Shown: positions 25,630-37,940 of the stretch, in pieces | Layout: every line of letters starts with the position of its first letter | Position numbering within the stretch: position 1 is the first letter of the stretch | From: Narcine bancroftii | Lineage: Eukaryota | Direction of reading: 5' to 3' | Length of the DNA stretch: 64,000 nucleotides | Assembly: GCF_036971445.1 (NCBI RefSeq) | Contig: NC_091470.1 | Span: forward strand, 187,736,001 to 187,800,000 | Position numbers and translations under genes: made by a program | Notes under the pieces: model-generated | What the model was told of the DNA's origin: nothing | The model's database searches: none | The model's input: the letters and a program-made list of their open reading frames with translations, nothing else

Positions 25630-26000
25630 CAGAGGTTCTTAACCCTTCTCTTTCCACTTACGTCCCACTTTAAATCATCCCTCTGCCATTGGGTGCGGTG
25701 TGATTAGTAAGGGATTGCTTAAGGAGGGATGTAGGTGGGAAGGGAAGGTTGAGAACCACGACTCAATCCAATTGTTACTGAAATATTTTGCTGGAGAAAA
25801 ATGGTCATTGGCCTATTTCCTCTGGAGCGATGAAACCGTGCACATAGCGAGTCAATGAGGGACGATTAAAGCAGTAGCCTCCAAACTTTTTCTTTCCACC
25901 CACTTAAGTAAACAATCCCTTACTGATCACAGAGCATCGATGGCAGAGGGAAAACTTAAAGTGGGATGTGAGTGGAAAGTTAAAGGTTGAGAACCACTGG
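25630..26000. mobile_element. Non-autonomous hAT-like MITE (CAGTGGTTCTCAACC family)
   Basis: Inverted ends resembling CAGTGGTTCTCAACC; related pieces at 40580-40878, 47081-47135 and 49430-49520. Confidence 0.6.
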
Positions 26001-26634
26001 ACTAGATCTTGTCTCACCTGCCAGTGCAAAAAAAATCTTTCTTTCTTTGGCTTGGCTTCGCGGACGAAGATTTATGGAGGGGGTAAAAAGTCCACGTCAG
26101 CTGCAGGCTCGTTTGTGGCTGACAAGTCCGATGCGGGACAGGCAGACACGATTGCAGCGGTTGCAGGGGAAAATTGGTTGGTTGGGGTTGGGTTTTTCCT
26201 CCTTTGCCTTTTGTCAGTGAGGTGGGCTCTGCGGTCTTCTTCAAAGGAGGTTGCTGCCCGCCAAACTGTGAGGCGCCAAGATGCACGGTTTGAGGCGTTA
26301 TCAGCCCACTGGCGGTGGTCAATGTGGCAGGCACCAAGAAAAATAGACTGTACTCAACGTGCGCACGTAAACAAACAAAGAACTGGAAACAGGTAATGAA
26401 TGCAAACCCTTCCCCACCCCCGCCACCGTCCAGAACATCTACGGGGAACACTGCCTGTCGGAGGGCAGCAGCGAACACCAAGGACCCTCGCCACCCAGCG
26501 GACGCTCTGTTCTCGCTGTTGCCCTCGGGAAAGGGGTGTAGGTGCCTCCACCAGGTTCAGGAGCAAGCAGCACCCCCTCCACCTCATCGACAAACTCAAT
26601 CAGGGACTCCTTTAAGGGACTCTTACTTTTAAAA

Positions 26635-28840
26635 AAAACTTTATTTATTAAACAGCAGTTAAAATACAAATATAGAACAAAGTATAACGATAACACAAAA
26701 TCTTCTCCCTCTCCCCCCTCCTATTCCCTCTCTCCCAACCTCTACCCCACCCCCCCAAAAATATAATAATAAGTGGAGTTAAAATACATATTTATCGGTA
26801 TTTTAATGCCAAGGATGTCGCAAATCCCATCTAACAAAAGCCGTCATATTTCCAAACCTGCACATTTCAAATACGGATTCCACATTGTAATAAAGAAAGA
26901 ATAATTATTATACACATTATAAGTGATCTTTTTCAGACGATTACAAATTCTCAATTCAATATGCCATTTTTGCATATTTAATTCAATATCATTCTTCCAT
27001 GTAATTGCTATACATTTCCTAGCAACTGCTAAAGCCAAACGAATAAATGCCATTTCAAATTTGTTTAATTTTAAACCCAAAGTCAACGTTGTGGTACATC
27101 CCAATAAAAATAAAAACAGATAAGGGTTAGTTTAAATTTGAATAAACCTTCCAAAAGCTCCATAATTCTATACCAAAAAGTCTTTACCTTTTCGCAAAGC
27201 CAAACTGAGTGCAAAAAAGTACCTAGTTCTCTTCCACATCTGAAACATACATCTGAAGAACTAAAACTTTTAACTTCTCGGGAGTTAAATACAATTGGTG
27301 TAAAAAGTTATAATGAACCTGTTACGAGCCCAAAGGACCCCAAAACCCAGCAGCAATAGATATTCACCATGACGAGTAATTACTTAAACAAAAGTTTTTA
27401 ATGATCTTTAAACATGACAACAGAATCAAAATTTAACTTATCCCTATTAACTTAACTAACCCAACTTAACCCCCTTCTAATTCTAAGCGCACGTGTGTGT
27501 AAATGTAAGAAAAGTTCTTTGGTTCACAGTTCAATCTCACTTCTCATTCTTCCAAGTTCACTGGTTGCAGGCAATTCTTATACTGTGCACAGAATTTAAC
27601 ATTTATAAAGTTCACCAGGCTTTGGTGCTCGAAAGGTAAATGGTTACCGCTCATGAAGGTTCTTGTGGGTTTGCAGAGAGGGATGTGTGGTTCCAGGATT
27701 TCCACTGAGGTACCACCATTAGTCACCTCAATGTCTTGCTGATGAAACTTGCCCCATCAGGGTTCTCCAGATGATAACCTCTGTTTCTGTTCGACTTATT
27801 CCAAGAGAAACGTCAGGCAGATAGCACTTCCAGCCATCCGCCACTCTGGAGCTTCTGTTTCCATTCCAACAAGCTTCTCCTGGCTTGTTACAGCTTTGTG
27901 TGTCATACACAGTCAAAGACTTCCATCTGTCTCTCACTCTTTGTCTGAGATTCAAACTCCCAGCAGCATGTCCTTCTCTCTCTCACTTACAAAACCCCTG
28001 ACCTTCTCCAGCAAAAAATAGGAGTTAGTCTCCTGCTCCCATCTGTTGTTTTAGGTAAACAAGAACCTCTCAATGACCTCTGACTGAGCACTTTGCAGAG
28101 AGGTCAAAAGCCTTGCAAAATGGTCCAAAACAGACAACCTGACACTGGTTGTTCTTCCAAGTCAATGATCTATTCATTTCATGACATCATTTCAATTAGC
28201 ACCTACTTGTGAAATGTCCATAGCATTCTCCATAGTTTCTGTAAAGTCACTGAATATGAATACTTCAGTATTTCAAATAAGATCTGTTTTAAAGTGTGTG
28301 TATGTATGTAATTTACTCTAATTCTACCAATTTATATCCCAAAAGGATTCCCAAATATTCCATCACAAACCAAACTGTATCTCACATTAATTAATCTAGA
28401 CATACTGTCCTCACACATAGTCCTCCACTCCTCCTGAGATATTGGAATAGATAAATCATTCTCCTGTTTAATTTTCATTTTATACAAATCATCTTCTTTT
28501 GCAATAGACCATACATTTCTGAAATAAAACCTTTTTTAAAACTCCATCAGTTAATAAGCATTAACACTTAGATCTTTTAGGTAATTTTAATTCATGCCCT
28601 AAATTATCTAATAACCAAGTACGTATTTGATAACATGCAAACAATGTATTTGACATAATCCCAAACTTTTCCTTTAATCTATTAAATGATAGAAACAATC
28701 CTTTTTCATAACAATCTCCTACTAATCTAATACCCTTCTATTCCCACAATATCAAATGATAATTATTCACTGAGAAAGAAAATAATTTATTCTGACATAT
28801 TGGGATATTAACCAAAATTGTAACTTTAATTCCCATAATT
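26635..28840 (-). mobile_element. Older L1-like 3' fragment, interrupted by a solo LTR
   Basis: RLALAVARKCIAITWK...KKITY is homologous to the ORF2 C-terminus of the full-length copies. Confidence 0.75.
27320..28367 (+). mobile_element. Solo LTR (1048 bp) with 4-bp TSD
   Basis: TGTTAC...TCACA ends; AACC at 27316-27319 and 28368-28371. Confidence 0.88.
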
Positions 28841-29086
28841 TGATCCCTGGTATGCCATATTTAAGGCCTCTTACTTGTGCACTTTCTTTGCTCTCCCTGT
28901 ATCGCTTAGTCAGTTTTTATACATTTGTTATCTGTTTACAGTTCTTTGTTTATATGTTCACGCTGTGTACAATTTATTTTTTGCGCTACCAATTAGTAGT
29001 CATTGTGCCGGGTCCGCTGGAGAAAAGTATCTCAGGGTTGTGTATGGACTCTGACGATATCTAAGTTGCACTCCATTCTGGCTTAC

Positions 29087-29198
29087 CTGGTCTATTCTTC
29101 TTGTTAAAGTATTCCGTCAGACGAGCCTTGGCACGGTATCTCCCTTCCGTGTGCAGAACGTGTGTGCCCACCCAAAGGCTGGGTTCAGAATCCCGAGT
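29087..29198 (-). CDS. SOUL/HEBP2-like gene, coding exon 3
   Basis: Acceptor cctccctcacag, donor CAG|GTAAGC; TRDSEPSLWVGTHVLHTEGRYRAKARLTEYFNKKNRP corresponds to SOUL xRxY..xWVST...LxxYIxGxN; 112 nt. Confidence 0.88.
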
Positions 29199-29759
29199 CT
29201 GTGAGGGAGGCAAGGGGAGATTTTCAAATGGTCGACTTGGAGTCAGCGCTGCTCCCCGCCCACCAGCGGGGAGGCTCTCGATTGGCACTTCTCCCAAACC
29301 CGAGGGATTTGGATCTCACCCCCTCCTCCCCACCATGGGCCTGGCCAAGGGGAAGGCTGGGAGACGAAGCTTCAATTTCCAGAGGGCTGGAGGACCCAGC
29401 TCAAAGACTGCAGATGTTGGAATCTGAAGGAAAGGGGTGGCCCAGTTAGTGCAGCACCAGTGATCGGAACGGGGGTTCGAATCCCGTGCCGTGCCGTCTC
29501 AAAGGAGTGCGTGTATTCTTCCCGTGTCTGCATGGGTTTCCGCCAGGTGCTCCGGTTTCCTCTCACTATTCAAACAAAATACAGGGATTGAAGGTCATTT
29601 GGGTGAAAATTGGACGGCATGGGCACAAGGGCCAAAAAGGCTGTTATCTAAATTTAAATAAGTGCTGGAAGAACTCAACAAGTTGACCAGCATCTGTGGA
29701 GAAAAAGGGATGGGTGACATTTGGCATTAAAACCCCGCATCAGGGCTGAGGGTCTAGAG

Positions 29760-30540
29760 CAGGGGTGTCAAACTCAAATTCACAGAGGGCCAAAATTAAA
29801 AACTTGGACTAAGTTGTGGGCCAAACTAAATATTTATTGAAAATTTTCAACAACATCTGCATGTTTTCTCTTCTTTCAACATATGTAATGTTAAACTTTT
29901 TGTTATTAAAATAAATGTTTAATAATAGTTTTGGTTAAACTCTTTCCAGAAGAAGCATTAACAAATGAGAAATAAAATATTCAATAAATAATATTTCTCT
30001 ATACCTTTAAGCTCCTTTTAAATGTATTTTTTTTCACAAGCCAACAAGTCAAAAAAATAACAACTTGCTTCAATGAAAATCCAATCTTTCAACTATGAAC
30101 AGTCCAAAGTTAACCAAAGAAAATATTAATCCAAGCTTAGCTTGCTACACTGTAATTTACTCTGATGCACCTGGGTCTAAACCAGATACTTGGCATCTCT
30201 TAGATGCAAGTTCATCAAACTCTGGGGTCAGAGTTTGCCTCCCACCTGTCTTGAAAATTCCTGTTTTCTGTCTTTCGTTTGGCCATTTTTCGTAAGGGGT
30301 TTATTACATGTGAGTTGGGCGACAGGTCGCAGATACTAATGAAAGTAAAGAGAGGAGGTGGGGGCGATTAGCGGGCTGACGGGCCGGTGCCAATGCATTT
30401 GCAAAGCATTCTGGGATTTGTAGTATTAGCTGTACTGGCGCAGCGGGCCAGCTCTAATACATATTTGATATGATCTTGCGGGCCAAACATAATTATATCA
30501 CGGGCCAAATTTGGCCGCGGGCCTGAGTTTGACATGTGTG
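29760..30540. mobile_element. hAT-Charlie-type non-autonomous DNA transposon
   Basis: TIRs CAGGGGTGTCAAACTCA and TGAGTTTGACATGTGTG; perfect 8-bp TSD GTCTAGAG at 29752-29759 and 30541-30548. Confidence 0.88.
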
Positions 30541-30939
30541 GTCTAGAGGGTCAACATATAGTAACGAGGAGGTGGTGTGAGGCAGGGGTTGGGAGGTGGG
30601 ATCAGGTGAGGAGATGAAGCTAGGTGGAGAGGCTGGAGACGGGGGCTGGCAGGCGATAGGGAGAATTATCGAAGGGAGGGACAGGTGGAACCAAGCCGGG
30701 CACAGTTGGGAAGGAATGGGAAGGAATGGGAAGAGGGTCATATCTGGGAAAAGAAGTTACAGGGGGCCACAGCTGCGAAGTAGAATACATCTGGTAGGGG
30801 GGAGCAGCTCGAAAGGGAGGGAAGGGGAGGGTGCCACAGCCCGAGAGGGAAGGGAGGGGGGAACAGCCCGAGAGGGAGGGGAGCTGGGCCTCAGCTTGAG
30901 AAGGGGGGGGCTGCAACCTGAGTAGAGGGGGTGCAGCCG

Positions 30940-31450
30940 GGCAGCTCATGAAATGATGTGAGAATAACAACCTGAGTCTCAATGTGGACAAGATGAAGGA
31001 GATGATCGTGGACTTCAGGAGGACCAGGAACTATGACCCATCACAAACACACAACTCTGCAGCAGAGAGAGTGGAGAGCGCCAATTTCCTTGGAGTTCAC
31101 TTCATTAGTGACCTATCGTTGACATTAAATATCCCTTCACTTGCTGAGAAGACTGATGGCGGGCAAGGCTACCAGCCACCATCATCTCAACCTTCTACAG
31201 GGGCTCTATCAAGTGTGTCCTTCCCGGCTGCATCACAGTATGGTGCAGAGAAATGGATCGGAGGTCAATCCACAGGACCAGAAGAGCGGCAGAGAGGATC
31301 GCTGGGGTCTGACTCCCCCTCATCGACGTGATCATTGTCCAAAGATAACTCAAAAAGACCCCTTCCATGCCAGGAAAGAGATACAGGACCAGCACCACCA
31401 GGCTGAGGAACAGCTTCTTCCCACGGGCAGTGAGAATGCTGAACGGATGA
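30940..31450 (+). mobile_element. Rex1/Babar-like LINE 3' fragment
   Basis: NNLSLNVDKMKEMIVDFRR and SFFPRAVRMLN motifs. Confidence 0.7.
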
Positions 31451-31627
31451 TCCTCCGAGACAACTATTTCTTTAACCATAATATTTTAATATTTGTATGT
31501 ACATACTGAGCAAGCGCGTCGCTTGTCCGTGTGCATGTTAGCAGTGTGTTGCACCGAGGACCGGAGAACACTGTTTCATCGGTTTGCACGGTCAATGAAC
31601 TTGAAGTTGGTCCTGGAGCCCACTTAC

Positions 31628-31706
31628 CTCGTACTCCGAGTCCCGGCAGACGGTGATGTAGGACAAACACTCAGAAGCATCAGTGCAGGTGGACGGTGTC
31701 CGACTC
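31628..31706 (-). CDS. SOUL/HEBP2-like gene, coding exon 2
   Basis: Acceptor tctcccacag, donor GAG|GTAAGT; (W)SRTPSTCTDASECLSYITVCRDSEYE; 79 nt; phases fit both neighbouring exons. Confidence 0.88.
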
Positions 31707-33894
31707 CTGTGGGAGATAACGGATCTGTTGGCGTGAGAGCTGGGGAGGCTCTCCGAGTCGTGCAGTTGGGGTCAGCCGAGGGAAGGTTGGACCAGAGAGG
31801 ATTTGGGCTGGGGCAAGGTTTAACGTTGAGGGGGTGAAGGGAACGGGGGATGTGAGGAGTGACAGATCTCCCCAGGGGGAAAGGGATGGTCCGTGGGGGG
31901 AGGGGGGGGGAGTGGGGTTGGAGATAGGGTCGGCATCTGCGCGCGGGAATTCCCAGCAATCAGAACGGTTAGGGCACTGTGCCAGAGCAATCGATCCGGG
32001 TTTGAATTCCAGCGCTGTCCGTATGGAGTTTGTACGTTCTCCCTGCATCTGCGTGGGTTTCCTCCCACCCTTCAAAACATACGGGGTTGTAGGTTGGCAG
32101 GGGTATTGGATGGCAGGAGTAGTGGTTGGCAGGGGTAGTGGGTGGCAGGGGCTCGTTTGTCTAATTTATATTTATAATTAATTATAACTGGAGAAGGGGC
32201 TTTCAAGCAAGTGCCTGGCTGTTCCTTCTCTGTGAAGTGAAACACGAAACGCCTTCTTCAAGCGAAGAACAGAAAGGCGTCAGAGACTGGCCAGGGGGAG
32301 GAGTCCAGACCAACAAAAGGTGTTAATTGGATCAGGTAAGAGGAGCGGTGAGAATTGATTTTGGCTCTGGGAGACAGCGGGAAAGGGGAAGAAAGAGAAA
32401 GAGGGCTGGCGAAAAGGCGATGGGGGAAGAAGGGGAGAGGGGTCGGTGATAATGCCGTCCGGTTGGAGGGTGTCCAGACGGAAGACGAGGGGTTGTTCTT
32501 TCAATCGGGGGTGGCTGGCAGTGCGTGAGACTACGGACAGAAACGCAGCGAAGGGAATGGGACGGGGAATTGAAACGGATGGCCCATTTTGGACGCAGCC
32601 GAGGAGCTCAGCGAAGCCTGTCCCCAGCCACTCTGACTTAGAGGGTCAACATATAGTTGCGGGAGCAGCGAGCGACCCCCCCCCCCCCCACCCCCACCAG
32701 ATTCGTGTGAAGAACTGGTTTGGGAGCCCCAGACTCGAGTGAGGAAGGAGGTGGTGGGCGCAAATGGAGCATCTCCTGCAATTGACGGAGAGAGGCGTCA
32801 AGGAACTGATTGGTGGGGAGGGAGGAGTGAACAAGGGAGTCACGGAGGGAGTGGTCCATGCGGAAAGTGGAGCAGGGATACGAGCGGAAGATACATCTAA
32901 TTATGGGACCACATAGTTCTCTACAGACGATGCCTGACATGCTGAGTATTTCCTGTTCCTGCAGCCACTTAGATCTTCAAACAGGACAGGGGGGGGGGGG
33001 GGGTGGGGGCATGGGGGATGGGCGGAGAATAACCGGCGGGACTTGGGGGGAGTGGGATGGAACTGAGATTTATCAGGAGCTAGTATGGAGAGGAGAGGCG
33101 AATGGCTTCCTCTTGCATGGTGTAATTTTTATTTGATAATTCCATCTCCCGACTTTGCACTTCTGCCTGAAGAGGAAAGGATGGGGGTGGAGGCAGGTCT
33201 GCCTGGAGAGGGAAGGGTGGGAACAGCTATGTCTGGAGAGAGAAGGTTGTGGGGGGCAGCTCTGTATGAAGGGGGTGGGGAGCTGAAGAAAAGGAAGGTT
33301 AGGGAAGGAGAGCGTCTCGGGCGGGGGAGTGAGGGGAGGGTTCACGGCAGCTGGCGAAGCCGTGCTGTTGGTGACTCGTTGGTGGGGGCCCAGATGGGCG
33401 AGGTTGTGCAGCCGGGGTGATGTGAACCCTTGCTTCTCCAGTCACTGGGAACAGGCAGGGAGTCAGCCCCTCACCTCACTGCCTTAAACAAGGCAGTAAA
33501 TAATTATACAGATCGAAAATAGTCTCTTAGCTGTTTCTGTTAACGGATTATACAAGGAGTTAATCGTACGTGCATTATATTAAAACATGCCAATACACTT
33601 TTATTAGCCATGCGAGGGTGGCTGCGCTGAAGTCAATGAGGTTTAACTGGCTATACCGACCCGCGATTCCGCGCCGCCCAATTTACACCCCACTAACCTA
33701 CACCCCACCAGTACGTTTCGAGCCGTGGGAAGAAACCGGACCCCCCCCCCGGGAAAACCCACACAGGCACGGGGAGAACGAACCAACTCCTGACAAATAG
33801 CGCGGGATTCGAACCCCAGGACCCGGTCGCTGGCGTTTTAAGGGTGCAAACATCGCCCCCCCCCCACCGTGAGGGGATGGCGTCAGTCACCTAC

Positions 33895-33953
33895 CATTGA
33901 GCCGAGACCCCCTGACACAAGAGGTGAAGGGCCAGCGGCAGCAGTGGGAGCAT
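33895..33953 (-). CDS. SOUL/HEBP2-like gene, coding exon 1 (signal peptide)
   Basis: ACG-ATG start; MLPLLPLALHLLCQGVSAQ(W); donor TG|GTAGGT; upstream pyrimidine tract/acceptor; the six exons sum to 633 nt, i.e. 210 aa plus stop. Confidence 0.85.
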
Positions 33954-34192
33954 CGTGCCAACCGTTATGCGTCGCTGAGCACTGGTGGGGGGCTTGGAGA
34001 GAGAGAGCGAGAGAGAGGTGATGGACTAGTCCCCAGTCCGCAGCGGCCGTTCCCCGCCCCCACCTCACCCAGCCCCTGGGGAAACGGTTGGGGCATGAGC
34101 GCGGTCCCCCGCCCAGGAACCTGCCCTTTCCCTCCCCCACCCCCAGCCCAGCCCAGACCGGCCTCGCCCCCACCCCCTCGGCGCAGACTTAC

Positions 34193-34245
34193 TGCGGTGC
34201 GCTGCACTCCGCAGCCGGTCTCCGGGGTGCTCCACTTATACCGGC
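34193..34245 (-). promoter_or_regulatory. Putative TATA promoter and short non-coding first exon of the SOUL-like gene
   Basis: TATAAG at 34240-34235, followed about 45 nt downstream by the donor GCA|GTAAGT (34192). Confidence 0.6.
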
Positions 34246-36959
34246 TGCCACCTCCGCTCCCCTCCTCCCTTCCCCTGTTCTGCCTCCTCCCCCTCCCCCT
34301 TTTCCCTCTTCTCCCTCCCTCTCCTATCCACTCCCTTCCCCTCTTCCCCGTCTCTCCTTTCCCTTCATCCCCTCCCTCTCCTCCTCTCCCTCCCTTCGCA
34401 TCCCCTCCCACCCATCGCCACCAAAGTAGGGCGTGGAGCAGACTTCTTACCACCTTTAATCACCCTGGTTTTAATCCGTCAGCATAAAACTATCACCGCC
34501 CAACTCAGTCATCCTGCCCGCCGCTCCCTGTCTGGCAGAAGGAATAGAAGGAGCTGGAGAGAGGAGGCTGGCTGGGTGGGGGCATCAGAATCAGAATTTA
34601 TTGTTATGAACGTTTCACAGAATTCTTGTTTGTGGCAGCGTCACGGAGCAAACATTTCTAATTAAACTACCTCACAAAAATAATTAAAAATATCAGTCAG
34701 GCAGCGTCTTTGGTTCACCGATCATTCAGGAGGGGAAGAAGCCGTCCTCGTGCCGCTGAGGGCCCGTCTTTAGGCTCCTGGATGGTAGCAGAGTGGTGAG
34801 GGCCTGGTATGGTGATGGGAGGGGCCCTTTGAGGATGGAGGCCGCTTTTTTTTAAGACACCGTAGATGTCCTCATTGGGGTGAAGTCTGGTGCCTGTGAT
34901 GTCGCAGGTGGAGTTAACAACCCTCTGGAGTTTATTGTGTCCTGAGAGTTAGCGCCTCCATACCAGGCAGTGATGCAACCGGTCCACCTGTAGAGTCATA
35001 CCGAATCTCAGATTTCAGATTTATTGTCCGACTACATACCTGACATCACACACCACCCTAAGATTCCTTTTCCTTGCGGGCGCGGCAGAATTACCTCTAA
35101 TTGGTAGAGTACACAGGGTTAACAAGTAAAACAACAGATAACGAATGTAAACAAACTGACTGTGCAATACAGTGGGAAGGGTCGGAACAACTATGTCTGG
35201 AGAGAGAAGGTTGGGGTGGGGGCAGGTCTGTCTGGAGAGGGAAGGGTGGCGGTGGGTGGGAGGGGAGGGGATGCGAAGGGAACGGAGAGACAGGGAAGGG
35301 GAGGAGGGGAGGGAATGGGAAAGGAGGGGAGTGGATAGGAGAGGGAGGGATGGAAAGGAGGGGAGGAAGAGGAGGAGGAGAGAGATGGAAGGGAGGGGAG
35401 AGGGAAAAGGGGGAGGGGAGGAGGCAGAAGAGAGGGAGGGAGGGGAGCAGAGGTGGCAGCCGGTATAAGTGGAGCTCCCCGGGAACAAAGGAAAATCAAT
35501 AATGTGCACCAAGGAAGAGTCTTGCTCTTCCCTGATCGAGTTTATCATTGAGGAGTCTGATGGTGGAGGGGGAGCAGCTGCCTGAACCTCAGTCCAACCT
35601 GCCCATGCCGGCCGAAATGCCCCTCCCACACTCGTCCCACCTGCCTGCGTTGGCCCCTATCACCAAACCCAATCTATCTCAGTCCAATTTTCTTCTTCAG
35701 TGTTGCAATAGTATTTGCCTCGACCACCTCCTCTGGCAGCCCCTTCCACCTTCCGTATAAAAGGGTTACCCTTCAGGTTCCCGTTAACCCTCTCCCCCCT
35801 CACCTCGATTTCGGTCAACCTTCTGCGCTCTGCGAATAAAGTCCGAAACTGCTTAGTGTCTCTGGATCGCCCGGAATCTGATAGGAACAAGAAGGTTGTT
35901 TCCATTGGCAGGTGAGACAGGGAACACAGCCTCGTAGAGATGAGGAACAGCTTTACCCTGAGAATGGGGAATCTGTGGAATTACCTGCCCAGGGAAGCAG
36001 TGGAGACGCCCTCACGAAATGTATTTTAAACGCAGGGGGAAAAGGCGGGCAGATGAAGTTGGGTCCACTCCCAATCAGATGATATCTTCCGAAATAACAA
36101 GAGTGATTCCGGCAAACTGACTGCTCGTGTCAATTCGGGGCGCCAGGGGTCAGCGATCGCGACCGCGGTTCGAATCCCGCGCTGGCTGTAAGGAATTTGG
36201 TTAACGGGGTGGAAATTGTGAGGCGCAGACCCCTGGGCTGATAGACATGTATGGCTGCACTGAAATAAATAAATAACCCCCGCTCTTGCAATCCTGATTC
36301 AAGGTTCAGTCTCTTTCCGCGTTGTTATCATTCTGCACCTCTGGATCTCTCTCTGTAACCCCGCGTTCTGTACGGCTGTTTTTTTTAATCCTGTTGAACT
36401 TGGATGTTTTCAATAGAGAGGACAAATTTGCCGGGCAATCTCTTCCCTGTACCTCAGCAGACATGACTATAGCTGTAAACGTGAAATGAATGAACAAGCG
36501 AATGGTGTACTTTCGCCTGAGAACTGCGAAAAGCTGCCCTCCGCAGCATGGAACAGGGTCTTTGGCCCAAATTCTGCACGCCGACCAAATTGGTGTTCAG
36601 GGCTAGTCTGCATTTAGCCCAGACCCTTCTTAGCTCTTCCGATCCACAGGTCCGCACAGTCTCCTCTGCTAGTTCTCGGGTGGTTGTGCGTGGGACTGGT
36701 GCGCATGGACATCCATTCCACAGAAGCCGACGGCTGTCTTTCAGATGGTCCTAAGGTCCCACGTCTCCTGCCTCCTCGCTGCCCCGTCCCAACCTGTTCC
36801 GAGCAGGGATGGTCCGAACGTTTCTGAATATTCATCCATAAATGTCCCCGATATATCACCGCAGAGGTTCGTAGATTCGGACAGTGCAGGCACAGCCCCT
36901 CAGGCTGAACTGTCCACACTATACAATCTATCAGACACTATCAAATGGTCAGGCTCTGA

Positions 36960-37940
36960 GAAGTGCGGTAGAACAGATGGACCCCAGGTACATAATTCCC
37001 TGAAAGTGGCGTCACCGTTGTGAAGAGACCTATTTGCCCTTCATGAATTAAATTATTGAGTGTAGGTGTTGGGATGTTATGATAAAGTTGTATATGACAT
37101 TGGTGAGGCCAAATTGTGTGCAGTTTTGGTCACCCAACTACGGGAATAAGATTGAAAGAGTGCAGAGATTTATTACAATGTTGCCCGGGCTTCAGGGAAA
37201 GGATTTTACTCCCTTGAGCGTCGAAGAATGAGGGGAGATTTGATCAAAGTATTTAAAATGAGTACAGAGATCCTGCTATAGCTGTACAGGGTCTTGGTGA
37301 GACCACACCTGAAGTACTGCGTGCAGTTTTGGTCGCCTTATCTGAGGAAGGCCATCCTCGCCATGAAGGGGGTGCAGAGAAGGTTCACTAGACTGATACC
37401 AGACATGGAAGGACTTATAGATGAAGAAAGGTTAGAGAGACTAGGCTGGAATTTAGAAGATTGAGGTGGGGGAATCTTATATAAAATTCTTAAGGGATTG
37501 GACAGACTAGACGCAGGAAGGTTGTTTTCAATGCTGGGAAAAACCAGAACCGGTGGGTGGTGGGGGGGGGGGGGGGGGTCACAGTTTAAGGATAAGAGAG
37601 GTTTTTTTCTGACTGAGATGAGGAAACTTCTCTCAGAGGGTGGTGGATCTGTGGAATTTTTTTGCCGCATGAAGTAGTTGAGGCGGTCCCTTGTCAATAG
37701 ATTTGGCCCTTGTGGGATCAGGGGGTCTGGGGAGAAGGCAGGAACCAGGGACTGATCAGCCATGATCATATTGAATGGCGGGGTTGGCTTGAAGGGCCAA
37801 ATGGCCTACTCCCGCACCTATTTTTCTATGTATCTATGAAGGGGGCGGGGGGGGGGGGAATAGACAGAGTAAATGTAGATGGGCCTTTTCCCACTGAGGG
37901 TCGGTGAGATACAAACCAGAGAACACGGGTTAAGGGTGAG
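36960..37940 (+). mobile_element. Degenerate CR1 3' fragments (at least two)
   Basis: LVRPHLKYCVQFWSP and GVQRRFTRLIP motifs, plus CR1-type 3' UTR pieces. Confidence 0.7.
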
